Notes: a model not told the origin generated them from the sequence alone. Shown: positions 1 to 12,669, counted from the whole stretch's first letter. The stretch is DNA of 63,992 bases, filler included, from Stramenopiles sp. TOSAG23-3 (GCA_900128585.1; 7 parts of 7 records of this genome joined end to end with filler, not necessarily neighbours in it); one strand, 5' to 3'. Translations and numbers: made by a program.

Positions 1-79
1 TTTCTTCTTCTTTCTTCTTCTTCTTCTTTCTTCTTTCTTCTTCTTCTTCTTCTTCTTCTTCTTCTTCTTCTTCTTCTTC
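1..79. repeat. (TTC)n microsatellite
   Basis: Near-pure TTC/TTTC run at the window start. Confidence 0.95.
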
Positions 80-337
80 AATTTAAAAAAAAATTCAATT
101 TAAAAAAAAATTCAATTTAAAATAGTCTTCTACCGTTTGTACTGTATATTCGAGATTGATGATTGATTTTCTTTTTTTATTATCTTCGTAGTACTGAATC
201 ATTTTTGTTGAATACTTAAAGGCGACGACAGAAAGTTTGCTCTCTCTCTCTGTTTCGGTAAGACGTAGTAGTTTAACGACCAAAACCGCGCACGGGCGTT
301 CGGGCGGTTTGGGAGTCAGACCGTCGCCCGCTCACCC

Positions 338-3300
338 ATGCAGGCTGGGGAGGGAGGCGGCCGCAACCCACCGGCACCACAAGCAGGGGGGGGCAAGGGC
401 TGTCGTAATGCATTGGAAGAAAGCACTGTTTTTCGGCGATTAGGAACGCTGGTCTGTTCGAACACAAACATATGGGCCCGGGGCCTGTTTCCCCCCGAGC
501 AGAACGACCGCCAGGGCGAGGACCCAAAGTCCTCCTCGTTTTCGCTGAACCAGTTCAAAAGGTTCCCCCACGACATAGCCTTAAAGGTCGACATGCTCCT
601 CGTCGAAGAGGAAGGCGCGGTTCTTTTCGCCACTGCCCGGGGATCCTTCGTCGCGGTCGCAAAGTTTTCGCTGCTGGGAGGGGGCAAGAAAACGGGCGCG
701 CCGCTCGTCATACAGCAGCACGTGGGGCTGAAGAGCGGCAACTCGATAAAGGCGTTGCTTTGGATAAACAAGGACGTCCTGGCGGTGGGGTACAAAAATG
801 GAGTCCTCCGCCTGTACTCGAGCACAACCGGCGAGCTCCTCCTGTCCACGCTTTTGAACAAGCAGAAGGCCACGCTGATGGGACTGAAGGTTTTTTATGG
901 GTCAAACACGAACAAGGAGATGTGCCTCTGGGCACTGTACCGGAATGGGGTCGTCGCCCGCATTGCGTTGGCCGAGCTGTTCGAGGCCATCGCATCCTCC
1001 GCGCCGAGGGAGAAGGCCCTGTACTACCAGCGCTGGAAGTGCCTGAAGCGCGGGTCGGCCATCGTACCCTTGGACTTTGCGTGCGGCCTACCCTTTCGCC
1101 CGACGTCCTTCGAGTCCAGGCCCCGGCAATTCGGCGCCAATCTTTTGATCGTAGGGGAAAACCCTACGGCGTCGTTGCACCACGCGGACATCGACCCCGA
1201 GAAAGACGGGGCCATTTCCAGCCTTGGTGGGCTCGCCACTGCCGTCGTGGGGGCTGCGTTCGACGCTGCCAGCAGCTGGTGGGGGGGGGGGGCGGGGGGG
1301 CGAAGGAGCGGCAAGCAAAGAACGAGAACATTGATTGGGACGACGGATACCACGACAGCAAAACCGTCTCCTTGGAGCCCGCCGTGTTCATCAACGACGA
1401 CCGTCGGGAGGGCAAATCCCTGAGCCTTTCGCCGTCGGGGAGGTTTGCTGCGATGGCCGACAACCTGGGCCGGGTGCTGCTGCTGGATTCGGGGGACCTG
1501 GCCGTGCTGAGAATATGGAAAGGATACCGTGACGCTCAGTGCGGCTTCCTGTCCAGGACCACCCCGAACGGAAGCGAACAAGAATTTTTGGTCGTTTACG
1601 CGCCTCGCCGCTCTCGAATAGAAGTTTGGCAAGTTCGGTACGGGCAGCGTGTCGGCCAGGTGAGCGGCCCGGAGCTGTCCCATGGCCGGCTCCTCTGCAA
1701 GCGGGGGCACTACGGGGACCCCCCCTCCACGGCTCGGGGAAGCGCCCAGTCGCGCTGCTTTTTTTTGTGCCGGCAGCCCGATGATCTAGCGAGCGCAAAG
1801 GCCGCGGCGTCCTTTCCCGCCAAAGTCGACTTTTTTGAAATTGTGCTCGACGACATTGCGAAGATGAAAGTCCAGAGGTGTTTGATTTCCATGTCGAACC
1901 AGGAAGAGAGCTTTTTGCTCCACCGGTTTATAATGAAAGTTCGTGATTGTCGACCGGGCAAACGGGTGGACATTGACACTGCCGTGCTGGGTCGGATCAA
2001 GTCCCCAGTAATACTCTACCGTGCCGTGTCCGAAACGCTGGAAATCTTGGACGCCTTGCCGCTGTTCTGCAACGAATCGCAGGGGAATTCGCCGTCCCCA
2101 TTGTACATATCCCGTCCCTATTTCTTGACCCCACTTTTGCAAAAGATTATCGGCGCCGTGACCGACGGGTTCAACGAAATTTTGCTGGAGTTGGAAGAGG
2201 CATCTGTGCCAAAAGTGGGTGCGGGCTCCGTCCAGGAAATGTCGCGGGAAGAGGCGTTGGGGCACATCGAGGGACTCGTGTCCATGGACAAGCTGCTCCA
2301 GTGCTACTCGTTGCTGGTGCATACGGGGCGGCCCGAGCTTGCGGACGACACGAGTGGCGCGTTCAAAGACAGCAGCTTCGTGGGAGAGCAGGTTCGCGGG
2401 TGGGTCGACCTGCTGGCGCTGCAGGAAGGGGCAGCGGCTGCCGAAGCGGGCGGGGTGAGCTCGCTCCTGGCGATTAACCCTTGCATTTTTTTGAAGAGCT
2501 TTCGGCCCGAAGCGGCAAATGGAACGGTGCGGTCTAGTCCAGGAAAGGCGCCCGCCGCTGCGTGCATGGCGTTGACGCCGTACGCAAGAAAGCGGCACGT
2601 CAAGGAGTACTTGGCCACGTTTGTATTTCAGAACCTCCTGTCCCACACGTTCGAGTACAGCAAATTTCGTCAGTTTCTGAGCACGATCAATTTAGATACT
2701 GCGGCACTGGGAGATCTGTTCTGTACGTGGTGGTTCTCCGTGCCGATCAAGGCAATCTTACAGCTTCTTCCGGAAAACATAAACGCCTCTTCGATTGTTC
2801 AGTGGCTGTTCGAAAGGACCTTGTCCGCGTCCGTCGCGGCGGCGAGCGGCGATGACATGCTCCGCCTGCTGCAGCAAGCTTGCTTTGAGTCGACCAAACT
2901 CTGCCACGCGCTCCTCCTGGGCAAGCTTTGCGCACTGGCTGTGTCCAGGCGGTTGTCGCATAACGAAAAGGAAGATCTGGTGGCCGGGGCGGGCCAATGC
3001 TTGGCTGAAGCGAGCGAATCAGCGACGGTCAGGCGGGAGGGCGTGCAGGGCCGGGGGCTGTCCAGCGAATCGGACGACGTGCAGTCGACCGAGGAAGAGA
3101 ACGATTCCGAGGACGAGGATATGACCGAGTCGGACGCTTACACTAACCCGTCCGACCCAAAGGTTGTTTTGAAGCTGGTCGAAGAAATACGATCGCAGAA
3201 ACGTTTGGAATGGCGAAAGAACCTTGCGCTGGTTGAGCTTGCCCTTTTTCTGAGGTGCTGTTTGAAGCCGCCCATGCGCGCAAGTCCACCCGGGGCCGAC

Positions 3301-5052
3301 AGCGACGCTGACTGCAGCGCTCTCGCCCCGTCTGTTTTTGCCCTCATGAAGAAGGATCGTACGGTGTTTCGCGACTTGGCGGCGGCGCAACTTCGGGACA
3401 CCCACTCCGTGAAGAAGACCAAAAAAATAGAAAGCAGCGCGCCAGAGGATTCGAGGCTGTTCTACGAGGCGGTCAATGCGAACGTGAAAGACGGGGCGGC
3501 CCTAGTACCATACCTTGAGTGGCACAGTTCGCTGTTTGAGAAAAGTGATGATGCGTCGGACGGCCATGACGCCCCAGCGATGGACCCTGCAGCAGCCGAG
3601 GACCCCCCGGGGTGCATTCAGTCCATCGGATCCTCGAACGTTGGCACCTCGCTCCTGTGCCACGCCGCAAGGAAGGCGCCAGACTTTGGGGGCGGGGTAA
3701 AGACTGTCCTTGCGGTGCTTCCTGAGTACGCCGACAACAACGTTTTGGCCGCCCACCGTGCCGTGGCCCTTGCATGTGGCGAGCAAGAATCTTCCGCTCG
3801 CCTGAGCGCCGCAATCGAGCATGCCGTGGAGGTGACCGATCAGAAGCTGCGCTTCTACGTACTGGCCTGCATTTGGCGTGAGGGCGGTGTCATGCGTGAA
3901 GTATCCGCCCTGGTCCGTCTCTGGGGGTTACCCGAAGAGCAGGCGCGCGCAGAACTGGTGGGAAGGATGAGAGAAGACCCATTCGTTTCCGACGATGTGA
4001 AGGCAATACTCCGCAGGCTGGAAGAAAGCGGAAACAAAACCAAAGCGGCAGCCGGCCTGGGTGAATCCCCGACCCCGACCCCTGCGGAGCTTGCCAGCCA
4101 GGACGAACTCATCCACATCGAGAAGCGAAATCAGGCAAAGTTTCTGACGTCGGTTTTGAAATTGCTGAAATTGCTGAAGCGAAATTTTGTGGCCCACGAG
4201 GGGGGCGCCTCGCACGCGAGCGAAGACTCGCGGGAGGAAGTCCTGTCTTACTCCTTTGGAGCAGGCGAGGAATCCGTCGTTGCGATGACCAAGCCGGTCC
4301 TGTGCCATTACAGCGCAGCGGCCATAGAGCAGCACGTAAAGGCCGTCCATCTGCTGCAGGCGGTCTCAAAGTGTGGGCTTTGGGAAACGAACATAACTGC
4401 CCTGTTCCCCCCTGGGACCGCGCTTGGGCTGGATTCGAGCGGCGATGCCCTGGGGCTGGACCCGCCAGCGGAACAGAACGGAGAGTTTACGCTGACCGGC
4501 CTGGGGCCGCTGCATGCCCAGTTTCGAACACGGACCGTCCGAGAAGTTTTGTGCTGCGGGGAGCACGAGGAAGCGTTCAAGCTGGCGGAGGATCTCGAGG
4601 TGCCCCATGCGACCGTCCTGTACGAGCACGTAAAGCAACTGATAGAGAGCGGGGAAGAGATTTCGGCCGAGGAAGAGATGTCTCGGCTGTCGGAGGGTGA
4701 CCGGGCGCAGCTTGCGTCGAAGCTCCTGCCGTTCTGTGCCTTCCAGTTCGTTTCCATCCTGAAGGCGATGAAGAAGGAGAGCCGTTTTCGAAAGTTGATC
4801 GCGTCCGTCCCACCAGAATCCCACCGGTTAGCTGTGACGCTGGGAAAGAAGTACACAAAGAGTGCGGGGAAGGATGGGGGGATGGAGCCCAGGCATGGAA
4901 GGGTGCTGAAGAAGGACCCCTCCCTGACGGCCACTGGCGCGATGTTTTCAAACCTCTCCCAGCACGTGGACAGCGGGTCGCAGGAATTCCACGATACCAC
5001 GCTCCTGTCCGTGACGGCCCAAAAATTGCTGGACGAAGCGAAACGATTGTGA
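338..5052 (+). CDS. RAB3GAP2: Rab3 GTPase-activating protein non-catalytic subunit, frameshifted in the G-run at 1281-1300
   Basis: ORF 338..1423 reads as protein up to the G12-C-G7 run, then coding continues in the 472..5052 frame. That frame carries LSLSPSGRFAAMADNLGRVLLLD, LRIWKGYRDAQCGF and VYAPRRSRIEVW, which match the RAB3GAP2 N-terminal family motifs. Confidence 0.85.
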
Positions 5053-5196
5053 CGTGTGGCGCTTCCGGGAAAAGGCGTCCGGGGCGAACGATAGAATAAT
5101 ACGGTACTGTTAATAGAGGATAAAATTGATACCTACAACACTCTATGAAGTAAAGGGGCGCCGTGGATTTCACTGCGCGCGCGCTCTCTCTCTCGC

Positions 5197-5460
5197 TCAG
5201 TTGTTTTTGTTCGCGTCCGGGTTGATCGGCAGAAAGTACTGTGGCCGCGACTTGCTTTCCCAGTTTGAATATACTGGGTCAAACACGAACTGGTTTTCGT
5301 TCAGAAATAGGCAGTCTGCAATCAACAGTGTGATTAAAATAAACAAAATTCCCGCCCAAGCGGCAAAATCAAAAGCAGAAAACATAAAAAACAGAACGAG
5401 AACGATGAGAAACAACTGCATCTTCCTTCGTAAGTTCAGTTCGTACGCGCTGCCCGCCAT
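5197..5460 (-). CDS. small two-TM membrane protein, function unknown
   Basis: ATG-started 87 aa ORF with two hydrophobic segments and a polar tail (FVFDPVYSNWE), preceded by an AT-rich upstream region. Confidence 0.6.
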   Translation of the reverse strand: MAGSAYELNLRRKMQLFLIVLVLFFMFSAFDFAAWAGILFILITLLIADCLFLNENQFVFDPVYSNWESKSRPQYFLPINPDANKNN

Positions 5461-5895
5461 GTTATATCGTGTCTAGTAAAACTTCTTACACAGCAACAAA
5501 AACAAACGAAAACCAATGGTTTATTTTTCTCCGCCGATACCTCCTTTTCTTCTTTCCTTTTCCGTCTGTAAATTTTCTCAAAACTTTTGCTCGTACTTTC
5601 ACTATCCGAATCGTGTAAAAGTAAAAAAAGGGAAAGAAGCTCCTCCTCAGTTGTTCGTTATAGTTATTAAAATTAAAAAAATAATAATTTTTTTTTATTT
5701 ATATTTCACGTAGAGTAGTAGTAGTATTATTATATAGCCTAATTAGAATATATCTAAAAAATAATTTTAAATAATACGTAATAATAATAATTATTTATAT
5801 TATTTTACATTATAATTTAAAATTATAGACTAATGTACAATACTAAGTATTTTAATAATAATTATTATATAAATAAATAGCAGCAGCTACCAGTA

Positions 5896-6110
5896 GAAAG
5901 AGAAAGAGAAAGAGAAAGAGAAAGAGAAAGAGAAAGAGAAAGAGAAAGAGAAAGAGAAAGAGAAAGAGAAGAAAGAGAAAGAGAAAGAGAAAGAGAAAGA
6001 GAAAGAGAAAGAGAAGAAAGAGAAAGAGAAGAGAAGAAGAAGAAGAAGAAGAAGAAGAAGAAGAAGAAGAAGAAGAAGAAGAAGAAGAAAGAAGAAAGAA
6101 GAAGAAGAAG
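5896..6110. repeat. (GAAAAA/GAGAAA)n and (GAA)n purine microsatellite flanking scaffold gap 6111-6215
   Basis: Seen directly. Confidence 0.95.
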
Positions 6111-6293
6111 NNNNNNNNNNNNNNNNNNNNNNNNNNNNNNNNNNNNNNNNNNNNNNNNNNNNNNNNNNNNNNNNNNNNNNNNNNNNNNNNNNNNNNNNNN
6201 NNNNNNNNNNNNNNNTTAATCGATTTCGATTTTTCATCGTTTTCTTTAATTCTTTAATTTAAAAAATAATGCCAACTTTAATGTATTCTACTC

Positions 6294-6347
6294 TCCGGTT
6301 CCGGTTCCGGTTCCGGTTCCGGTTCCGGTTCCGGTTCCGGTTCCGGT
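6294..6347. repeat. (TCCGGT)n hexamer tandem repeat
   Basis: About 9 perfect copies. Confidence 0.95.
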
Positions 6348-6797
6348 CCCGTCTCTGGTTACGGTCCTGATTGCGGCACATAATAGAAGAAATAAGTTTA
6401 ATAACTTAGAATTATTAGTCTATCCACCAGAATCTAAATAGAATATATCCAATAGAGAAGGGTTAATTTACTTAATATGGTATGTGTATGTAAAAAACGT
6501 TAGAAAAAGGTTATTGCTGTCGTCGTCTGTTGCCATCAAAAAAAAATTAGTTCCTCGGAAGAAGAACACAAACTATAAACCACAAAATAGGGGAAAGAAC
6601 CAATAGAAAAGTGAAACGGAAGGAAGAAAAACAAAATCAAATGAAACGAATGAAACAACAAAAAGAAATTGAACACATACGTGTGAGGCAATTTATTACT
6701 ACTTGCTTCCTTGTCTGTTGTGGGAAATCACCGGAAGTAGGAGCAGAGAAGGTTGTAACATTTGTACATACGAAGGTGCTGCTGTTTGTTGATAGAC

Positions 6798-7838
6798 ATG
6801 GAGTCGAGTTTAAGTTTGACCGAGGAGATTCCCACCAGCTCAGCTACCCCAGTGAAAAAGGACAGGCACTGTTTGACGTCCACGTTAGGAAAAAGCTATA
6901 GTCGGGGAAAGAGACAAGTGTTCACACAAGAGCAAAAGGTTGCCTTAGAGAACGCGTATTCGATGGGTTTGATTCCCGCAGGAAAATCAAGTTCTTTTAC
7001 TGCGGCGCAGAAGAAGCGTGTAGAAAGTGACCTTGCTCGCATCGCCAGCCAGACCAACTTAAAACCGCTGCAAGTTAGGCATTGGTTCATCAACCGCCGG
7101 AAGAAAGAGAAGCTGCACAAGCGGCGGGTGGCTGCGAGCCTGGCCGGGGAAAGCCCGTACATTAAATTAGGAGATGAAGACGCTGCAAAGCGAAAGGAGG
7201 CGGAGAAGGAGGGAGGCTCGACGAGCGGCAAGGGAGGGAGGCATCCAGTCAGGGCGCCCCTCGCTGGACCACAGTGGAGAAAAGTTGTAGTCAGAGACAT
7301 CGATCAGTCTGTAAAAGAGGCGTTTCAAACGATTCAAATGTTTCTCGCGGGACAGCTCAAAGTGACCAAGCTGTTTGTCCTCCACCCCGCTCGGATCAAA
7401 TGTAACAATTTAAACCGGTTCTGCCGAAGTGTGTCGAAGCGCATGTACGGGACTGCCCTCGACGACGCGGTGCGAAACATCGTCCAAGGCGGTCACATGC
7501 AAGACTTGATCAACAAACTGCTGGCAGAAAAGAAAAAAGAGCAACAAGCGCGCCACTTTCGTTATACACTCCTTTGGGTCCTTCTTGCGGAGATGGCGGA
7601 CCAACCCCTCATCGCTTCCATAGTCAAGAATATATCAATGTCCGTTTTTAAGTTTACCACTTTGGACATCGAAGGCTTCGTTGATGAGCATTTGGCAGGG
7701 CTCTTACCGAGCGATCTGAAAAGCGATTTTTGCAGTACTTACCGGAACAGCCGATTGAAGCGCCAGACGACGCCGTCGAGTGTTAGAACTGGGCCCGCTT
7801 CGAAGCGTAGGCGTGCTGACGTCCAAACGGCGGTGTAA
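6798..7838 (+). CDS. homeodomain transcription factor with an atypical helix 1-2 insertion
   Basis: KRQVFTQEQKVALENAY ... IASQTNLKPLQVRHWFINRRKK. First ATG is at 6798. Confidence 0.85.
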   Translation: MESSLSLTEEIPTSSATPVKKDRHCLTSTLGKSYSRGKRQVFTQEQKVALENAYSMGLIPAGKSSSFTAAQKKRVESDLARIASQTNLKPLQVRHWFINRRKKEKLHKRRVAASLAGESPYIKLGDEDAAKRKEAEKEGGSTSGKGGRHPVRAPLAGPQWRKVVVRDIDQSVKEAFQTIQMFLAGQLKVTKLFVLHPARIKCNNLNRFCRSVSKRMYGTALDDAVRNIVQGGHMQDLINKLLAEKKKEQQARHFRYTLLWVLLAEMADQPLIASIVKNISMSVFKFTTLDIEGFVDEHLAGLLPSDLKSDFCSTYRNSRLKRQTTPSSVRTGPASKRRRADVQTAV

Positions 7839-7839
7839 G

Positions 7840-8040
7840 CAGTGCCTCCCCCATAATGGTCTCTGCTTTTCCATTTGCGTACGCCTCGGCGTTGTCGAAA
7901 AAGTTAATCCCAACGCCGATGCAGAACTTCATGATCTTGTACGCCTGGTCCGTGTTTAGCTGTAAACCAAATGAAATCCATGCCCCATAGCTCAGGCGCG
8001 ACACTACCAAACCGCTCCGCCCAAGGTGCTGGTACAGCAT
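7840..8040 (-). pseudogene. N-terminal fragment of an aldo-keto reductase (Kv-beta/AKR6-like), truncated
   Basis: MLYQHLGRSGLVVSRLSYGAWISFG...GINFFDNAEAYANGKAETIMGEAL. Similarity stops after 67 codons. The frame is open upstream to ATG 8265 with a signal-like hydrophobic stretch. Confidence 0.8.
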
Positions 8041-8579
8041 GGACGTCCCCGATCGGGTGGCGTTTGTGCTTGCAGGGTGGTGGTGGCACAGTTTCGCTTC
8101 TTCATTGCCACCGACGCCACACACTTCGTACGTTCGGGTGTGCAGTGCAGAGGCGGCTGCCACCGGAGCGACAGAGTACAGAGTGAGAAAAACCGTGACA
8201 AAAATAAATGGTGCCGGTAGGCGCTCCTTCCCATGAATTGAACGCCCATTGAACAGTAGGGACATCGCTTCCTTGAACTTCGAAACCGTGAGAAAGAGAG
8301 AGAGAGAGAGGTTGAAATGCAGGCGCGGGGGTGGCGGGCAACACGTTTATTTGGAGTCTCTGCCCACCGCTGAAAAACTTCAGTTCTAATTGTTCGTTAC
8401 CTGCCGTATTATCTACCAATACGCAATCCATCAAAACCAATCTGCTTCTTTGTTCGTACATAGAATAATCTATAATTATAATGTGTATGTCTCGAACCTA
8501 AGTCTTTTTTGTAGTTTTTTAGTTTGTAGGACGGACGGATGATCTCTTACAAATCTCTACTACGGTATAAATATGTACG

Positions 8580-8821
8580 TACTATTATTGCACGACTATT
8601 TGTTGTTCTTTTTGGATAATTTGTAAGTTCAAACACAGGCCACAGCATTGAAATAAATTTTTAAAGTTTTTTTGTTCACCACCACCACCAACCACCAATA
8701 ACTCCTTTTTTAATTTTTTTGGATAATAATTATTATTTGTTGTTCTTTTTGGATAATTTGTAAGTTCAAACACAGGCCACAGCATTGAATAAATAATATG
8801 TACTATTATTGCACGACTATT
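8580..8821. repeat. permuted local duplication (A-B...B-A order, direct orientation)
   Basis: tactattattgcacgactatt at 8580 and 8801; tatttgttgttctttttggataatttgtaagttcaaacacaggccacagcattgaa at 8597 and 8734. Confidence 0.85.
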
Positions 8822-9052
8822 ATTAAATAGAACGAACAGGTGTGTGATGTGTGATGCTCTCTCTTTCTGTGCATTGGTCCCCTGACTCCTGAGTATTAAT
8901 TAATAATATATAGAAGTAGCATAGGGGATTGATTATATTCGTAATCTTCTTCTGTGAAAGAAGAACATTTATTATTTTAAGAAAAAACTACTAGTAGTAG
9001 TAGGAGGGAGTTAGTTTTATAATGTAATAACAGCTAAATACAATACCATCGA

Positions 9053-9173
9053 AATGGAATGGAATGGAATGGAATGGAATGGAATGGAAAAGAAAAAGAA
9101 AGAAAGAGTCGAAAGAAAGAAAGAGTCGAAAGAAAGAAAGAAAGAAAGAAAGAGTCGAAAGAAAGAAAGAGTC
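9053..9173. repeat. (GGAAT)n followed by (GAAA)n-GAGTC compound satellite
   Basis: Seen directly. The GAGTC(GAAA)n unit recurs in reverse at about 9610, 14660 and 18340-18420. Confidence 0.9.
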
Positions 9174-9273
9174 NNNNNNNNNNNNNNNNNNNNNNNNNNN
9201 NNNNNNNNNNNNNNNNNTTAATTAATTAANNNNNNNNNNNNNNNNNNNNNNNNNNNNNNNNNNNNNNNNNNNN
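9174..9273. other. artificial contig linker N-TTAATTAATTAA-N (also 18423-18522, 27666-27765, 36893-36992, 46115-46214, 55332-55431)
   Basis: Six identical 100-nt spacers with a six-frame stop core. The enclosed contigs are 9149, 9143, 9127, 9122 and 9117 nt, i.e. length-sorted. Confidence 0.97.
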
Positions 9274-10371
9274 CATTCATAGGTAATACAAGACACATTA
9301 CAAGTATAATAAAACGTATAGTATAGTCTACAGTTCAAACCCTCTCTTTTCTCTTTTCCATACATATAGAGTTCTAAATTAGGGTATAATATTCTCAGCC
9401 GGGAAAGCGAAAGCCTCCTTCCTCACTTAATCTCAATTGCTGTTAAAATTAAGTATAATACTCCTTTCTTTTCTTTCTTTCTTTCTTTTGAGTTCTTTCT
9501 TTTGAGTTCTTTCTTTCTTTCTTTCTTTCTTTTGAGTTCTTTCTTTCTTTCTTTCTTTCTTTTGAGTTCTTTCTTTTCTTTCTTTCTTTCTTTCTCTCTT
9601 TCTTTCTTTCTTTCGACTCTTTCTTTCTTTTGAGTTCTTTCTTTTTCGATGGATATTTTTTATGTAAATTCCCTTTTTTCCTATTAAATAAAGGAAGGAC
9701 CGACCGTTGGTATAACTTTTTATATAGGGTATAAATAAGTATATATTAAATGTAATGTAAGTTTTACTAATTTCTTTATCAATTGGTAATACATTGTATA
9801 GCATTAAGAAACAGCGGCATCGTTAGGATATTTTATAGATTATTTTAATTCCCTATACTATGTACCTGTAATAAAGGGTTAAATTGCAACGGTGGAGTCG
9901 ATAGTAATTTTATTCCATTCTATTCAATGTAAGAAGTAAAAAAAAAAAGAGAAAAAATAGAAAGACACGAAGTACTAACACAATTCAAAACAAAAACCGA
10001 ATTGAATTGCATTGAATCAAATCGAATTGATACAAAGTATGTAGAGAACAATCGTTCACTTCTTTACACACAAACAAAGAATTACCAAAAGTACAAGAAC
10101 AAAACGAAAGAACGAACGAACACGTTCTCTTCCTCTATTGCATTGACTGACGTACATATATACACATTGCGTTGTGGGGTAGGCAGGCCGACCCGACCGA
10201 CAAAGGACCGACTCTTTTCTTCTTCTAGTTTTGTCTGTTTATTATACGCTCGAGGCGTGACGCAGTGAAATAACACGGGCGGGGAATTTTAACATACCGA
10301 CCGATAGACTACTACTGAAAACCAACCGAACAGTCCCAAAAGTTTTTTTCTTTTTTAAACAAGCCATTCGA

Positions 10372-12490
10372 ATGTTTCGTTCACCAAGTTCCAAAGCCTC
10401 CAAAGCGTCGCAACCGCAAATGCGAGGCGCCGTTACCACCGAGGCGATGGGGAGCATTAACCAGCAGCAGCCGAGGAGGCGGGCGAAGGACATTAGCTCC
10501 TACTTTGTAGTGCCAAAAGCACGGCAAGCTTCACAGGGGAACGCCGATTTTTTAGGTTCTTCGCGAACCCCTTTCAACTTTTCACAGGGCAGTAGCGCAG
10601 GCAACCAGCGGTTCAAAGGGAGGCTATTTTTCAACGGCAGTGCCGAACAACAGTCGTCGCAGCCGAGCTTTGTAGGCTCGATGAACGATTTTTCCCAGTC
10701 TCAGTACAGCCAGGACGACGGCGGGTATGCGTTGTGTACGCCGCAGGACCAACCGGCAATACCGCAAAACGTGCTTCGCTCGCCATCGCCGTTGCCGAAG
10801 AAAAAAAGCCGGCACAGCTGTTTGAGCCCCCACGGGCTGGACGACCTGCGGCAGGCGGCCGACGCCGCTACGGACGGGGGCAACCGGATGAACGCCTCCG
10901 GAGGCAGTCGGAACAAACTGGACTTTTTGAGCGGCCCATCGGGCAATCCCAGCAACGGCAACCTGATGATACTGGAAAACAGTAACGACGGGTTCGGCTT
11001 TGGCAGCATGGGGATATCGGGATCGACGCCCGGGGCAAGCCAAGACGAGCTTGTCCACCTTGACGACGACAACGAGCGCAACCACCACCATCCTCGCAAG
11101 TCATCGAAAGCATTTTTTCGCCAAACGCATTTAAACCCAATGAACAAAGAGAACATAATGAACCAAGGGTCGGGCACGTTCCCCCCGAAGGCGCCAGGCC
11201 GGCGAAGGCGCCGAACGCTCCCCCCCTGCAGCAAGAACCCATTTTTAAAAGAAGCCTCCGGCAGTCGAAAGCGCCAGCGTCGTCCAAAGATGCCCCTGTT
11301 GGATGAAAACGAAGAGATCGAAACGTCCCGGTACTTGGAAGAGTTCGAAGAGATGGAACAGCTGGGAAGTGGGGAATTCTGTGTCACGTACAAGTGCCGA
11401 AACCGTTTGGACGGGGGAACCTACGCAATAAAACGTGCAAGGCGCCGCATCCACGGCGACGCGGACAAGCGCCGCATGCTACGAGAAGTTTTTGCACTCT
11501 CCGCCTTGGCCGACGTGCAAAATGTTGTCCCGTACCACTCTGCGTGGATCGAGGACGATCGCTTGTACATTCAGCTCGGGTACTGTGCCGGGGGGGAACG
11601 TGCAGGATGCTGTTTTGACGTCGGCGCTCGTGGACGAGGACGCGCGCTTCGCCACTGCGAGCAGGGGGCACCTGACACCGCACGGGGCGCTGGTAATCTT
11701 GAAGCAGATCGGCAGCGGGCTGGCAGCCATGCACGAGCGCGACATGGTCCACATGGACGTCAAGCCGGACAACATTTTGCTTCCCTTCAAAAACGCCCCA
11801 AACTTTTGCCTCGGGGATTTGGGAATGGCCGCCAAACGCTACAGCAGCAAGCAAGACAACAAGGACGAAGGCGACAGCCGATATTTGGCCAAAGAGATGC
11901 TGAGCTTTTCCCCGCCAAAAGACTATGCCCCAGCAGACGTGTTTGCCCTTGGGGTCTCAGTCTACCAGCTTTTGCGGGGCTTGCCGGAACCACCCAGGGA
12001 CGAGTACCATGGCATCCGGGAAGGGCGCCTGTGCCTGTCGTCGGACTTGCCGGCGGGCCTCACGGAACTGCTGTGCAGCATGGTTTCCGAAGACCCTGCC
12101 GGGCGGCCCACGGCAAAGCAAATAGTGCAGCAAGCAGAAAGCGTTTTGCAGGGGCTAGCGTCGCAGTGCTCGAACGGCACTGGCATGATCGACAACGATG
12201 CTGCCTCCTCAGCGACCGGCGTTGCCAAAAGTGAGATTCTTGAACTAGCCCATTTGCAAGTTGCGTCCCAGGGCAGCAACGCCAGCAGCGGGGACTCTGG
12301 TAGCGCCAACAGCAGTAATACTACTGCGCCGTTTGGCACAGGCTCTGGAGGGACCATGGCCGGCCGCGGCGGAGAAATGTTGAAAGCAGCAACGCAAGAA
12401 ATCATTGAGAAGCTTAAAGCAGAACTTCAGCAGGAAAGGGCAGCTCGGCAGAAGGCCGAAAAAATGGTGCTTAGCCTGACAAGCATTTGA
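10372..12490 (+). CDS. WEE1: Wee1-like protein kinase, +1 frameshift in G7 at 11590-11596
   Basis: SRYLEEFEEMEQLGSGEF, YAIKR, LREVFAL and YHSAWIEDDRLYIQ in one frame; HMDVKPDNIL, GDLG, EGDSRYLAKE and ADVFALG in the next. Removing one G joins them. Confidence 0.9.
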
Positions 12491-12669
12491 GTTAGAGAGG
12501 AGCTCATGTATGGAAGCTTACGCGTGTGGGGGTGTGCGTGTGATGTGACTGAAGAAGGAAAGCGCGTGAAGCGAATGCGATGTTGGTCGAATCACCACCG
12601 AATTTTATGAGTAATAAATAGACATAAAAGATCTGATGTATTTACGCAACTTCTAACAAATACGAGCGT

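Noticed and set aside
472..1280. N-terminal ~270 aa of the 1526-aa ORF
   Set aside because: Arg/Pro-rich off-frame translation. The real N-terminus is in the 338 frame.
5887..6237. ORFs made of microsatellite or N sequence (also 9433-9804, 18263-18478, 18668-18892)
   Set aside because: They are translations of simple repeats or gaps.
9053..9088. (GGAAT)n as human satellite contamination or a telomere
   Set aside because: Only about 7 units, contiguous with this genome's own AT-rich spacer and other microsatellites.
11597..12234. C-terminal part of the 620-aa ORF
   Set aside because: Off-frame after the G7 run. The kinase motifs continue in the other frame.
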